From NCBI GenBank assembly GCA_051362555.1, contig CM120640.1, forward strand, positions 36,599,967-36,663,966: DNA of 64,000 nt, given 5' to 3'. The notes beneath the pieces were generated by a model. It ran no database searches. It was not told the origin of the DNA and saw only the letters and a program-made list of their open reading frames with translations. Shown piece after piece: positions 50,401-62,700 of this stretch. The DNA comes from Lingula anatina (lineage: Eukaryota; Animalia; Brachiopoda). The stretch's first letter is position 1, and each line of letters opens with the position of its first letter. Position numbers and translations under genes: made by a program.

Positions 50401-52729
50401 CTGTAATAGTTAATATTAATATCTAGCTGAATATTTGGTCTTCACTTTACTTTGAACTCCAATTTAAATGCTTACCAGTGCTGCTTATAATTTCAAAAAA
50501 AAAAAAAATGCAATGCAGTTCCATACATATATGGTCACCTGGCTACATGTGCATTTACATCAGAATTTACCCAAATTTTCAGAAATATTCAAAGTGCTTA
50601 CTATTACTAGTAAATATAACATACAGCAATAAATTTGTTATGATTGCTTTCCTTTTACGGTATTTCAGGGCTAATTGCAATTTGAGTGACACACGTGTGG
50701 TTGCATCTAAATGCTAGGCATTTACAGCAGATGGCCAGTGAAATAAGAATCAGTTAACAAGTTGCACTTTACCTGAACTTCAGTACTAGTACACATTATC
50801 TTGCACTTCTAAAATCTAATGGCTTTTTTGTCAGTTTATCAATACTGGTACAAGATAGCAATCTATGATGCTATAGAATGTGCAATCAATTCTACAGTGA
50901 AAAGTGTTCTTAATAAAAATGTATGTAAATCCAAATTAATTAATGAATGATTTAGTGAGTCATGCTGAATATGAATTAAATATGACTTGTTCTATACAAC
51001 TGCCTCCCTTCCAAGTCTTAGCACAGACTCCCTTCATTAATTGTCCCTTTATTTACTCATGGCTGCAGATATATCAGTACAAATAGAGGCACTTGGTCAG
51101 GCGTGAGTTGCTTTAGCTGCGATATCATATCAGTGGAATTCTACTCAGTCTGTAACAGAGAAAAGCAGCCCCCACAATTAGATAAGTCACAGTTTACAGA
51201 TAATATCTTCTAGACATTGCAATCATGCATTAGGAATGCAGATATTCCTTATCTTCTTAAGTGGTTCTATTACCATCTTTTCATCAATTTCTACAGACTA
51301 CAGTACTTGGCTGAGGTCATTTTTAACAGTCTTGAGAGGGAACTTAAACTCAAGATACATTCCTTATGTAAGACTAATAACATTTTTTTTTTGTTAAAAT
51401 CCTTTTGATCATGGTATGTCTGCCCCCCCCCCCCAAAAAAAAAAAAAAAAATTCATACTAGTAAATTGATTCTATCTTATAATGCATCTTAACTAGATAG
51501 AAAAACTTGCAAAAGTTCACAGCACAATTATGACAAAAAAGGCACACATCTACAGAAAATATGAAATTAAGACAATCCAAACCACTTGAGTCCAAATTAC
51601 TTATTTTCCTTTTCTGAACTTAAAAATGACACAAAATGTTCATACTGTAAAAAACTTAACTTTATATCTGGTCTACCAAGACTCAAAAACAAAACAAAAA
51701 TATACTAAATCGGATCATTATCTTGATTAAACTGCAAAATGCATACCATGATTTAAAATGGTCAAATACAGTAAATCTATATATGAATTAGCTGGACAAA
51801 TGGTGCCACAGGGTGCCAAAAATTCCATCACAGTGACCAGGCATTCTATGTTGTAGTGACTTTTATTTTGTCAAAGTAACAAGGTCAGATATTAATAAAC
51901 TCATCTGTGGCATGTGCTTAATATGAGTGTGTGCCAAATATTCTACAAGCATGACATTTTTGTAAAGGACACCAATTATACAATATCTAAAAAAAACTTG
52001 ATTTCTAAGGTTCTATTATCATTACCTCAATCTCGTGGAGTCACTGAACATTTTTGTCAATTTAAAACTGACATTTCTGTGTGAGTGCAGCATTTCCTTA
52101 ACAAATGTGCATATTTTTTACATTAAAATGTGTCACAATTTATTCATCTCCTGGCATATTGGAAAAATATTCCCATGGTGTGAAAAAATGAAGTTTTATA
52201 TTGCCTAGAACCCTTACTTAAAGGTACCCTTGAAGTTTTTGCAACAAATCTAATTTTCTTCAATTAAATTTTTTAAATAACAATAAAGTCCTACTCAGTT
52301 AGAATTAACCTGTCCCTGCTCTTGGATTTCCAGTTTTACTTATTTATCCTATTCAAGCCATGCTTGTTCAGAGTTTTATACTAACCTCTACAAATCCATT
52401 GGAAATATTGACATCAGATACTTTATTTGAGTTGGTTTATCATTTTTTTTAACTTTGAATGGGGAAAGCTTTGAGGGATTTGTAGATATAGAAAGTATGA
52501 CCCAGAGACATTTTATAATATGTACAATATAGTTTTAAACTTAAATATACTTTTAAATATATACTTTTATTGTTTCTACTTCTCTATGGATCTTAATCAA
52601 GTGTTGGCCACACTTTGGTTTCATCTTTTATTCTTCAAATATAAAAGCATAGAGAGAGCACTTCATGTAGCTTTTTGATTCAATGATAAACAAGTCTGTC
52701 AGTGACAGCAGTGCACACAAACTTGGGCC

Positions 52730-52789
<60 letters not shown>

Positions 52790-53451
52790 CTTTTTTTTTT
52801 CTTATTTTTGAAAGCTCAAGCATTAGGATCGGCAAACATTGATTTACAGCCCAGCAGTCAGGTATTGGGCAGGAAATGGATTCTAAAAGGGGGATGAAGT
52901 TGTCCAATATAATTCACTTTAGCACCATTTTTTTTTGGTACTTTTGGAACACTCCGCCCCATAACTTTCACATTTTTCACTTTACCATTAGTCCCCCCCC
53001 CCCCCCCCGTACCTTCAGGAATATACGTGCATTGGTGCTGGGGTCTGAGAGATACTGATATAATGTGGCTGACAATCATTTCCACTTTTCTCATCTACCG
53101 GTATGCAAGTAAATATTTCTCCTTACTTCGATTATAAGCTGTGGCAAGAAGAGTAGGCAATCCAGAAACATGATATACAGTATACAGCAAATGTTAACTT
53201 TATATAACATCGTGTTTAAAATTGCCAAAGTGTAATAATGCCAAAGTGTAGTTATACAAACTTTAAGTTTGGCAGTATTTCAATATTTGCTGAGGTCTGA
53301 CTCAGTGACTGTAGCAATGTTTTGTTTTGATTTTTGATAAAATGAATGGAATTTGGAAATTCACACATAATAAATTGACTGGCGTCTGCAGTAACTATCG
53401 CTACTTATATTTGCTGTCAACCAGCAGCGGCAACTGACAAACTTACCCCAT
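41415..53451 (-). CDS. HOMER: Homer scaffold protein (EVH1 plus coiled coil), 9 exons, about 368 aa
   Basis: Exons: 53447-53451 (ATGGG|gtaag), 45479-45635, 44960-45091, 43911-44060, 43530-43636, 43133-43289, 42532-42648, 41904-41984, 41415-41615. Sequence includes [60 protein letters not shown] and [22 protein letters not shown]. Confidence 0.95.
46156..46172 (-). CDS. HOMER: Candidate alternative Homer first coding exon (MSLSTR)
   Basis: gccATG TCA CTG AGT ACA AG|gtatga; phase 2 joins exon 2 in frame. Confidence 0.5.
47059..47171. mobile_element. Old about 113-bp foldback with AcademH-like termini
   Basis: Starts CACCCTGAGTTTCAGA (compare the 26288 TIR) and ends CTCTGGAGGCCATGGTG. Internal inverted repeat GATACTAGAAA/TTTCTAGTATC; similar flanks CAAAGAAG/CAAAGGGAAG. 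Confidence 0.5.
49566..49733. mobile_element. Degenerate hAT-like MITE (CAGGGGCGGATCC-type TIR)
   Basis: CAGGGTGGATT at the left end and GGATCCGCCCCTG at the right end. Confidence 0.5.
49889..49965 (-). CDS. HOMER: Candidate alternative Homer first coding exon with GC donor
   Basis: aaacATGG opens [25 protein letters not shown] and ends AG|gcaag; phase 2 is in frame with exon 2. Confidence 0.45.
50061..50330. mobile_element. PIF/Harbinger-like MITE, copy 3
   Basis: GATCCCATTCCCATAGAC...GATCGATCCAACT / AGTTGGATCGATC...AATGGGGCC followed by TAA; homologous to the 13266 and 14206 copies. Confidence 0.8.
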
Positions 53452-53748
53452 GTTTTAAGCTATCATACCCAACACATCAAACTTCAGCAACAAAAACTGT
53501 AAACTTTTGTAACCGATCAGCCTCAGCTCAATCTCGGCAGTCTGCCCGGAAGTTAGTCAATTGTAGCAACAGGGCATGCGTTGTTCTACATCTCGCATAT
53601 TCTCGCATGGTACGTTCGAGGAGGAATTATTGTTGTCTTACAATATTTCGGGATCAAGGAAGCAAAATAACCAGGAACTTGGCGAAGTAATACGTGGTCC
53701 AGCTGAATAACAACAACTCCAAAGCTTTATTGTGCTATCAGGTTATCC
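53452..53748. promoter_or_regulatory. Bidirectional Homer/ARNT promoter
   Basis: The divergent ATGs are separated by 297 bp in CpG-enriched sequence. ETS motif CCGGAAGT at 53546-53553, TCTCGCAT twice at 53591-53608, TACGTG at 53691-53696. Confidence 0.7.
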
Positions 53749-56700
53749 ATGAGTATGGCAGCTGCCTCAGCGGCGCCCCCAGGGGCTCTAGGTAAGAATA
53801 TAGGGTAGCTAGTCAATATATTTGCCTTTATTATAGCGCCGGAGGCCTTGTTTGCTGGACCCAGATTTCTTGTGGTTTGAGGCCGCTTGGCCAAAATAGG
53901 TCTGCTGTTATTTAGGCATCTTTCCAAATGCATAAAAATTATGTGATTTGTTTTTAACAGTATTATTTTGACTGTAAGTCCGTTTGTTGTTCACACTAAA
54001 ATGTTTTAATGTTGTCATGCCTGATTAATCTGGTACTCCAGTGTTTATTGAGTTGATGCAAACGTGTTGAATGTGGTCAAAGTCTTTGTGTTCTGTGGCA
54101 GGTCTTTTGCTTTGTTGTCAGTAGGGACAGAATCCCTGTGAAAATGCAGACATCGATTCTTCATATCACATAAAATTTGCCAAAAGCTTTACCTAAAAAT
54201 AATTGTTTTGCCTGCCTATTTGAAATGTAGGTAAATCAGGTCATCTTTGTCATGGCTTTAGTGTTTGGCATTATCATTGGTATTTGTTTAAGTTTTGTTG
54301 GTCAAAATAATTGTATGTGGAGAGAAACAAGTAAAACTATTGGTCACTGAGTATTTTCTGAATGTTGTCATGGATAAACCATTCCATTTATTAGCTGGTA
54401 AATACAATTTTATACTAAAAATGTATGTTCATCGGACCATTCTCTTTATCTGCCATAGGCTTTGTGAACAGATGCATATAGTTCTTCCTTTTTCCTTAAT
54501 TTAGAAATTCAATTTTGAACACAGTTAATAATTTCATTTCTTTAAAAAGATTTAACAGCCACTTGAAGATGTCTGTTCTGGCTAACTGACCAGAAAATAG
54601 ATGGTAGATGGGATATATTTTTTTTTCAATTAGAATTAAGATTTTTTATTATGTGAGTGAAAATAATATAAGTACATTTAATATGACAGAATTTGCAAGC
54701 ATATTAACATAAATAGAGATGTACCTTAACTATTTCTGAATTTCATGCTCAAAATCTAAATGCTATGTTGCCATCCATATCTAGTTATATTAAGAAAATC
54801 CTTTGAAAACTAATTGGCCTCTAATTAACATAATGGGATATTCTCTACACTCAGGTGGTCAGTACATAGAGAGGTCATTACAAGTCAATTATAGGCCTGT
54901 ATACAATTAGGTTAATTGCACTCAAACAACACAGGGGACAAATGTCTGGTTGTACAAATGCACTGCTCAGATAACTCTGCTTGTTTATTGATATCAATAC
55001 CGAAATAGAAAAGGGGATCCAAAGAAATTGCATTAAGTTTATTGCATTTTATAATTGTTGTCTAATGCAGTCACCTAAAACATATTAAGTCTTAAGGATG
55101 TTACCAAGAAAGCATCTTAAGCAGCCCGTCTGTTCCCTAGTTGTAGGAGCCAGTTTGATTGTTCAATAGAAAGTAAACCTAATATTGCAATACCATTAAA
55201 ATATTGTCTTTTGAAATTGTATCACTATTTGTTATACCTACAGTTAACCCTCACACATGTTCAGATATTTTCAAGAAGGTTTTTAAAGTTAAGGATAAGA
55301 AAGTTTTTTAAAATAGAGAAAGTAAGGGACGCTTCCAAAAAATGTATTCAGCTTCAGCTACAGACATTTGGAGCCTGTTTTCGACTAAATTGCATGTATC
55401 ACTTCACCTCTGTTGTCTTTATTTATAACTATAATAGTCCTATGAGTGGGTGATAACTCTTCCTTGATGGGATCCTGGTGATAAGTAGGTGTAAATTGTG
55501 AAATAGAGATGCCACTGATGTACCAGACCCAGTGATATGATCGGCTACTTTTCTTTTGTTCAAATAAATCTAGGTTTAAATCCTTGACAAGGATTTAAGT
55601 TGTAGTCATAAGCATGTACAGAATATGAAAATGTCTTACCCTTTGAAAAAACGACGTCATAACTTATTGATATGATACTTAATTCTTAGTAACTGATACA
55701 TCAGAAATTGTTTCACGTTTGTGTTTACTAGTATGTAAATGTAAATCTAGCAATTTTGAACATTTGTATACTTATTATAGTTATATTATTGAATGAGTAT
55801 GCTATCATCATAATATGGGTGGAAGCGTGAGGTCAGGGCAGGTTTCCATGGTGATTTAGGAAAATGGATGGTTTTCTATTGACCAGGTAATAAGATAGGT
55901 CATCAGGTTTATTGAATAGGATTCAGATTACTTATTTTGCAAATGGATATCATTTGCAGTTGTAAGTGCTTTCACAAATTAACTGGTACTGTATTTGAGG
56001 ACTGATGGATTGGTTTGCTAACTATTATATTACTCATATAGGTAATTTGTTGCAAATATGCTCAGATTCTGATCTTGAAAAATATGCACATTCTTATTTT
56101 GATATGCTTGGTTTGTAATTGATATTAAATCATTTTGATTAATTTATCTTAAAGACAACCCAAAGATTTTTTAAAGAAATGTTGAAATAAATGAAAAATA
56201 TAAATCAATGGCTGGATGAAAGCACTATAGAAATGGTAATGATTGCAAAAGATTTTACTTTGATAGCATAAAAATCAATGTAAAGAACATAGAGTCTATA
56301 AAGAGGACTACTAAATTGAATGAAATTGTTATTGTACAGATTTGCCCTATTAGAAATTAGAGAGAAAAAACAATTATTTTCAACTATTGATTAATGGAAA
56401 CTGTAAAGTTGCACCATTAGTAAAATTTATTTTTCCTATTTTCAGATGGAGGCAAAAAGAGGAAGAGGGCATCTGGAGGAGGGTAAGTTAGAGATGTCTT
56501 TTTTGGCCACCAGATAGCAGCACTTAACAGTTTGTTGGTATCTTTTCTTAAGCAAAATTTAAGTTATTGTTATCAAATTATGACAAAAATCTAAATCATT
56601 AAACAGTGCAATTATTCAGTAGTGTGGTATGGGGATGTATAGTTTGATACATATTATGTTATTTTTATTGGTTAGCACAGGGATGGATATGAAATTTTAA

Positions 56701-59700
56701 TATTAACATTTTTTCTTAATAAAACCATCATTAGAAAGTTATAAATGTTGTGAAGTAAGGCTCAAGAACGAAAAGGTATCATTTGCCTTTATCATCAGCT
56801 ACACATTGGTACATACCAAAGGTTTGATTTATTATTGTGACAGTTAAAGTGATGCTGGATTTTCATATAAGTGCTATTAAATTAAATTAAGTGTTTTCTG
56901 CAATCTCTTCAGCTCTGACGATGAAGATAGCCAAGGTTTTTCACGAGACCAAGATACAGTTGACAAGGAAAGATTTGCCAGGTGAAGTGCAATTTTGTGT
57001 TATGTGAAATTGTCTAAATATAAGGTTCAACTTGGTATGACTAACAGTGCATTTTTTGCACTGATTGTATTTATATAATTTACTGAAAGGTAAGAGGCTT
57101 TTTTTTTTTTATTAAAGCATTAATTTGAGAAAAGTGAAAGAGTGTTCAAATATATACGATTATGTAAACAGTTTAACCTAAGGAATATGAAGGTTGCACT
57201 GTTGATATTCAAAGAAGGAATTTATTTGTGTATTTGAACTATTTTGTATTCTAGCCAATGCTGTACTTATTCATGAGATGGCATAGCTATCAAACATTAG
57301 CACTGACGCTGCACTTGGCGAGGGAGGGCACTGAGGAATTTTTCCTTGTAAAGCTCAGTCTGTCAGTTGTTAAATGGATGGTGAATTAAATCCATGTGGA
57401 TCCTTTGGAAAATGTTTTGAAGACTTTTAGAAAGTCACATTTGTGGAACATCTATTGCAGCTGCATGTTTTACTGCAGATTTTATTGAATATTTGATAAA
57501 AGTTTTGTGTCATTTTCAAAATTTGGATGTGTTTTGACTATATTCTGTTCTGTTCCATTGCATCAATTTCAGTTTATTATTTTATAATTAGTTAAATAAA
57601 CAACAATTGATTTAACTTTGCCATATTGTTTAAATAAAATGAAAAAATCCAAAGATATTATTATATAAATCTAATTCAAAAAAGGAAAAAAAACTGATGA
57701 CATGGTTGCACTGTTAGTGCCCCCTCCTTGGTCATTATTTTCATATTGTATGCATTTAACCTTCAAGAGTACAGGGAATGCAGTGCCATCCTGTTCATTA
57801 ATAGATCCCTTTAGGGGCAATCATCAAATATAGTGTATTCAGACTTGCTCTGTGTCCACTGAGTTAATGCTATAGGACTGGTGCTATATGTGGCATTAAG
57901 GAACTTACTGTAGGCATTGGAGATATAAGTTATATAGCAGAGGAGGAGTTGGTGATATGGAGGAGGACATGTGCACTGTAAAACCACCAGTATTTCCATG
58001 GGTCAAAGCTAAGGCTGGTACTGGGTAGGACTAATCCCTAACGTGGGATAAATTGAACTCTGTAGTCAAAACAAGAACAAATTGAACATAATATTGAAAA
58101 ATTGATTACTTTTTAACATGACTTTTTTCACAGTCAGACAAAAATATATTAGTATTTGGTGAAAATGTTGTGTGATAAATGAGCCTAGATTTGTGTGCAG
58201 GCATTTGATGTGATGTTTATGAGGGGTGATATGGTACAGTCTGGTTATATGCCATTGGTAGATTACTTCATATGAATTTTATGCTAGTTTTTATCATTTT
58301 TTTTTTCAGGCATGCACCAGCAACAATTTTGATAAGTTTGAATGAAATATACCTTTTCGTTCCTTTATGATCAGATATGTTTTAGATATAGGATTTGTTC
58401 ATATCTCATACATGCATTAATGATATACCCTTTTATTTTACCTTTTGCATTGACCTGTTTTTCCCACCAGGGAGAGCCACTGTGAAATTGAGCGACGCCG
58501 GCGTAACAAAATGACTGCCTACATGTCGGAACTGTGTGATATGATCCCATCATGCAGCTCCCTTGCCCGTAAACCTGATAAACTGACCATCCTGCGAATG
58601 GCGGGCTCGTACATGAAAACTTTACGAGGTAATCACGTGGCACCTGTTCAGTGGTTCCAGGGCCTGTACTATGGTTGTGTGCATGAGCAGTCTTGCTGGG
58701 GCTTCCGAGGATGTATACAGGGCAGGGATCAGTCTGCTTTCATAATTGTCATTTGTTCTACTGTGTATAACTGGTGTGAGGCATGCATGCTATGTATTCT
58801 GTAACCCAACTTCCAAGACCATGGCAAACAGTTCAACAGGCAGAAATTGCAATGTCTTAATTATATAAATGGAGAGCATTGTATTTGTTCAATAATACTC
58901 ATATGTCAGTCATCTTGCTGACGCCTACGCACAGTCACACGATTCTAAATTGGAGCTTCGCGAGTCCAGAAAATTGGGCACACTTGTTGGGCTCAGGGGC
59001 ATGGTCCTGGTAGTTGAGTCATTTCATTTCAGTTGAAAAGGCCCCCAGGTTCTCAGCCGCCACCTTTACTTGGCCATGTCTCTTTAAGTATACTGAGCAT
59101 TTTGGGGAACACTGTCAATTTTCTTGTAGGGAAAGCCATTGTGAGATAGAGAGGCGTAGACGTAGCAAGATGGCTACATATGTCAATGAACTGTGTGATA
59201 TGGTCCCTGCATGTAGCACACTTGCTCGCAAACCAGATAAGCTGACTATCCTCAGGCTTGCTGCAGCACACATGAAAACATTACGAGGTAATGGTGGTTT
59301 CTTAAATGCTATCTAATTTTACTTTCACGGCTTATCAGTTTTGCTTTGGAAGAAGACTGTTTAGATGTTCTTCTGTCTCTATATGTTTTCTTTTGTAAAA
59401 TTAATAAAGGCACATTTCTCAGTCTGGGTAGCACTACAAAATAATATTCATGAGAACATTTTTTTTGCCAGTATTTTAGCTCTGTGTTTGAGCAGATATG
59501 TGATTATTATGCATAGAAAAGCATTATTACATGCAATATGTGTTAGAAATTGAACACATTTACCAATTCTCACAGTGGTATGTGAAATTGACTGCACTTT
59601 TTAGTTCCTTTATATAAGTGGGTGGGGAGATCGGACAAACTGCATGCACTTTAAGCAGGGATGGGACTTTTTCTTCATTTGGGGTTTTATTATATTTTCT

Positions 59701-62700
59701 GTATGAAAGATGATTTTGAAAGTTTGATTTCATGAAAAATGATAAAAAGTGGATAAATTTAAGGGAGGGAAAAACTTTCCTTCTGTTTTAACAATTTTTT
59801 GTTCCCATCCCTGAAAAAGCGAATGTCTTTTAAAAATACAATTACCTTTTTCATTCAGTCAGTAGCTGTGTAATACAATATGCTAATTAGCCTATGATAA
59901 ATTATCTAGCAATTGAACACTTCATCATTTTGAATGATGGATATCTTACACGAAAAAAAAAATCCTACAAGTTAAAATATGTAGTTCAAGGGATGCCTGT
60001 TGAATATAAGTATATACTGTATGTGATTTTCCACTGTATTGTAACTACTTTATTTGATGTAAGTGCATGTACAATGTGGCACAGGGTATCAGAATATGAT
60101 TTTTTTCACTGAATATAAGGAAATGATTACTAACAATGAAATGGGTATTCTGGCAGTTTGGTGATGGTGTTTTCTATGTAGTAGAATTCTCATTATTAGC
60201 TGTGGGCTCTGTCTTTTCTTCTGCTTACTGTGTTTGATATAGGTTGTATTTTTTAGCAGATATGTTCTGTTATTTCATGTAGGTGCTTTAGGATAAACAA
60301 AAGCACACTTGAGATATCAAATGTTGATGATAAGTCACAAATCTTGCATTATAAAACACAAGATACATGTTTTTATTTGTTTGTGAGATGTTGACGCGGT
60401 ATTGTTTAAGACTTCCACATGAATCTTCATTTCCTGCTTGCTTCAAATAATGATCTCTTACAAAAAAGATGAAACAATTTTCAGTTATTCTGTTTCTCTT
60501 ATCATCAGTCATTTTTAAATGTTATTGTGATCACTTAGGCAGCAGTGGAGCAGTAACTCAAATGTGAGAGTCGCAGTGCTGAGCAGCTTCGATTGCTTCT
60601 TGTTACATAAGCTAAATATTTGTATTTAAACCACCAATTTCATAGGCAGCTAATGCAGTACTTTTTCATATAGAGATAAAAGTTGTATTTCAAACAATAT
60701 ATATTATTTACACAAGTTGTGAATGATGACTTTTATTGCTAAATTTCTCAGAAAGGGGGTGTTGTGATTTTGATGATATTGATGCCAGTGATCTCTCCTA
60801 GGAACAGGCAACACTAGCAGTGATGGTTCCTACAAGCCGTCCTTCCTCACAGATCAGGAATTAAAGCATCTCATTTTGGAGGTAAGTTATTTCAAATGTA
60901 AAAAGAATTGGTATGGATTGTGAAATATGTTTAGCATTTGACTTAAGTTGACTGTGTTATAATGATTTTTATTTTTTAAAAAGTCTACACGTGTATTACT
61001 GTATTTTTGCTACATGTAATTGTGGATGTTGTCTTCCCTTTCAGGCTGCTGATGGTTTCTTGTTCGTAGCTCAATGTGACACAGGGCGTGTGATCTATGT
61101 CTCTGACTCCGTCACACCAGTACTTAACCAGTCTCAGGTTAGTGAACTATATGGTTGACTTGGCCAAGAGGCTCACTTTTCTAATGCCCATAATGCTGAT
61201 GTTAAAATAAGATGCATACATCTCTTTAAAAGAATGCTCCCTGGAAACATTTTTGGGCGAAGTTAGTTACTTACACGTGTAAGTATTTCCTACATTTGTG
61301 AATCATCATTTAAGACAGTGCAGCCCAATTTTTTGAAGGTTTGTTTATCAAAAGGACCATTGAATCAAAGCATTATTGGTAAATATAAGTAAATGTCTAA
61401 AAGATGTTTGTTTTAAAAAATGTCTGTGGAAATATCACCCTATAGGTATCAAATATATAGATAAGATGTTTACTTTTCTCTTGACACAGTCTGACTGGTA
61501 CACCAGCACCCTCTATGACCTGGTACACCCTGATGACGTGGAGAAGGTGCGTGAGCAACTGTCCACCACAGAATCCCAGAACACAGGGCGTATACTGGAC
61601 TTGAAAACAGGAACAGTGAAGAAAGAAGGGCATCAGTGTAAGGTTTTGTTTGTGCAATCTTCACACTATCTTTAGCAAGAACTGAATCACTGCTTATTGA
61701 AATGAATTGTTTTTATAAAAAAAGAGGTTCTATTTAGCCCAACATTTGCTATCAGAGAGCATTTCAAGGACTTTTCAAGTTAGATGTTCAATGTTATGCA
61801 AGTCAAAAATATTATATCATCAATCACGCAGTCTGGTAGTATTTCATAGTATGTTTAAGCCAGATGCTTAATGATTTCTAATTTGGGAAAGAAAGTGAAA
61901 TTGCTATTGCTTCCTGCTCTGTTTTTCACTTACTTATAATTATTGATTTGACTAGTATTATCCAAAGAGCGAACGCATTATCACATTTTATTTTTTTCCA
62001 GCCTCCATGAGGTTATGTATGGGATCACGCAGAGGCTTTATATGTCGAATGCGTCTTGGAGCCATTCAAGTGGACACCATGACCACAAGTCATGCCATAC
62101 GACTGCGCCAGAGGAACTCGCTAGGGCCCTCTGGTGACGGGCACCAGTATGCAGTGGTGCATATCACAGGCTACATCAAGAACTGGCCTCCTGCAGGTAA
62201 TTTCAGCAGAGGTAATTGATGTTACTCTTTGCTGTATGTCACATGAAAGTGGTTGTCTCCAAATTATATTTAACAAATAACTGGTTTATGCAAAGTGTTA
62301 TGGATTAAGAAGTTTGTTGAAAGTGTGGTTTTTATATTTTAACATAAAAATCTTACTGTTAAATGTAGGTTGTATAAAACATCCTTGTTTAAAGCTATAA
62401 TTAATTTATTCATTTAGAATATGAATTTTCGTGTATTCTTATTCATTTTCAACAACCCACTATTAAGCATTTTATACAAAAGAAACATTGTCATACTTTT
62501 ATTTTACAGGAGTGCAAATAGAAAGAACAGAGACAGATGAGCCCCATAGTGGCAGCCATTGTTGTCTTGTGGCAATTGGTCGACTTCAGGTCACGGGCAC
62601 ACCAAATTGCAGTGATTTGATTGGTCCTAATGCTACGTCAGAGTTCATATCTAGACATAGTATTGATGGAAAATTTACATTTGCAGATCAGAGGTACAAT

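Noticed and set aside
53127-53138. 12-nt microexon-like segment (cag|CTTATAATCGAA|gtaag) in Homer intron 1
   Set aside because: It introduces TAA immediately after MGL in the Homer frame. It could be a poison exon but is unsupported without reads.
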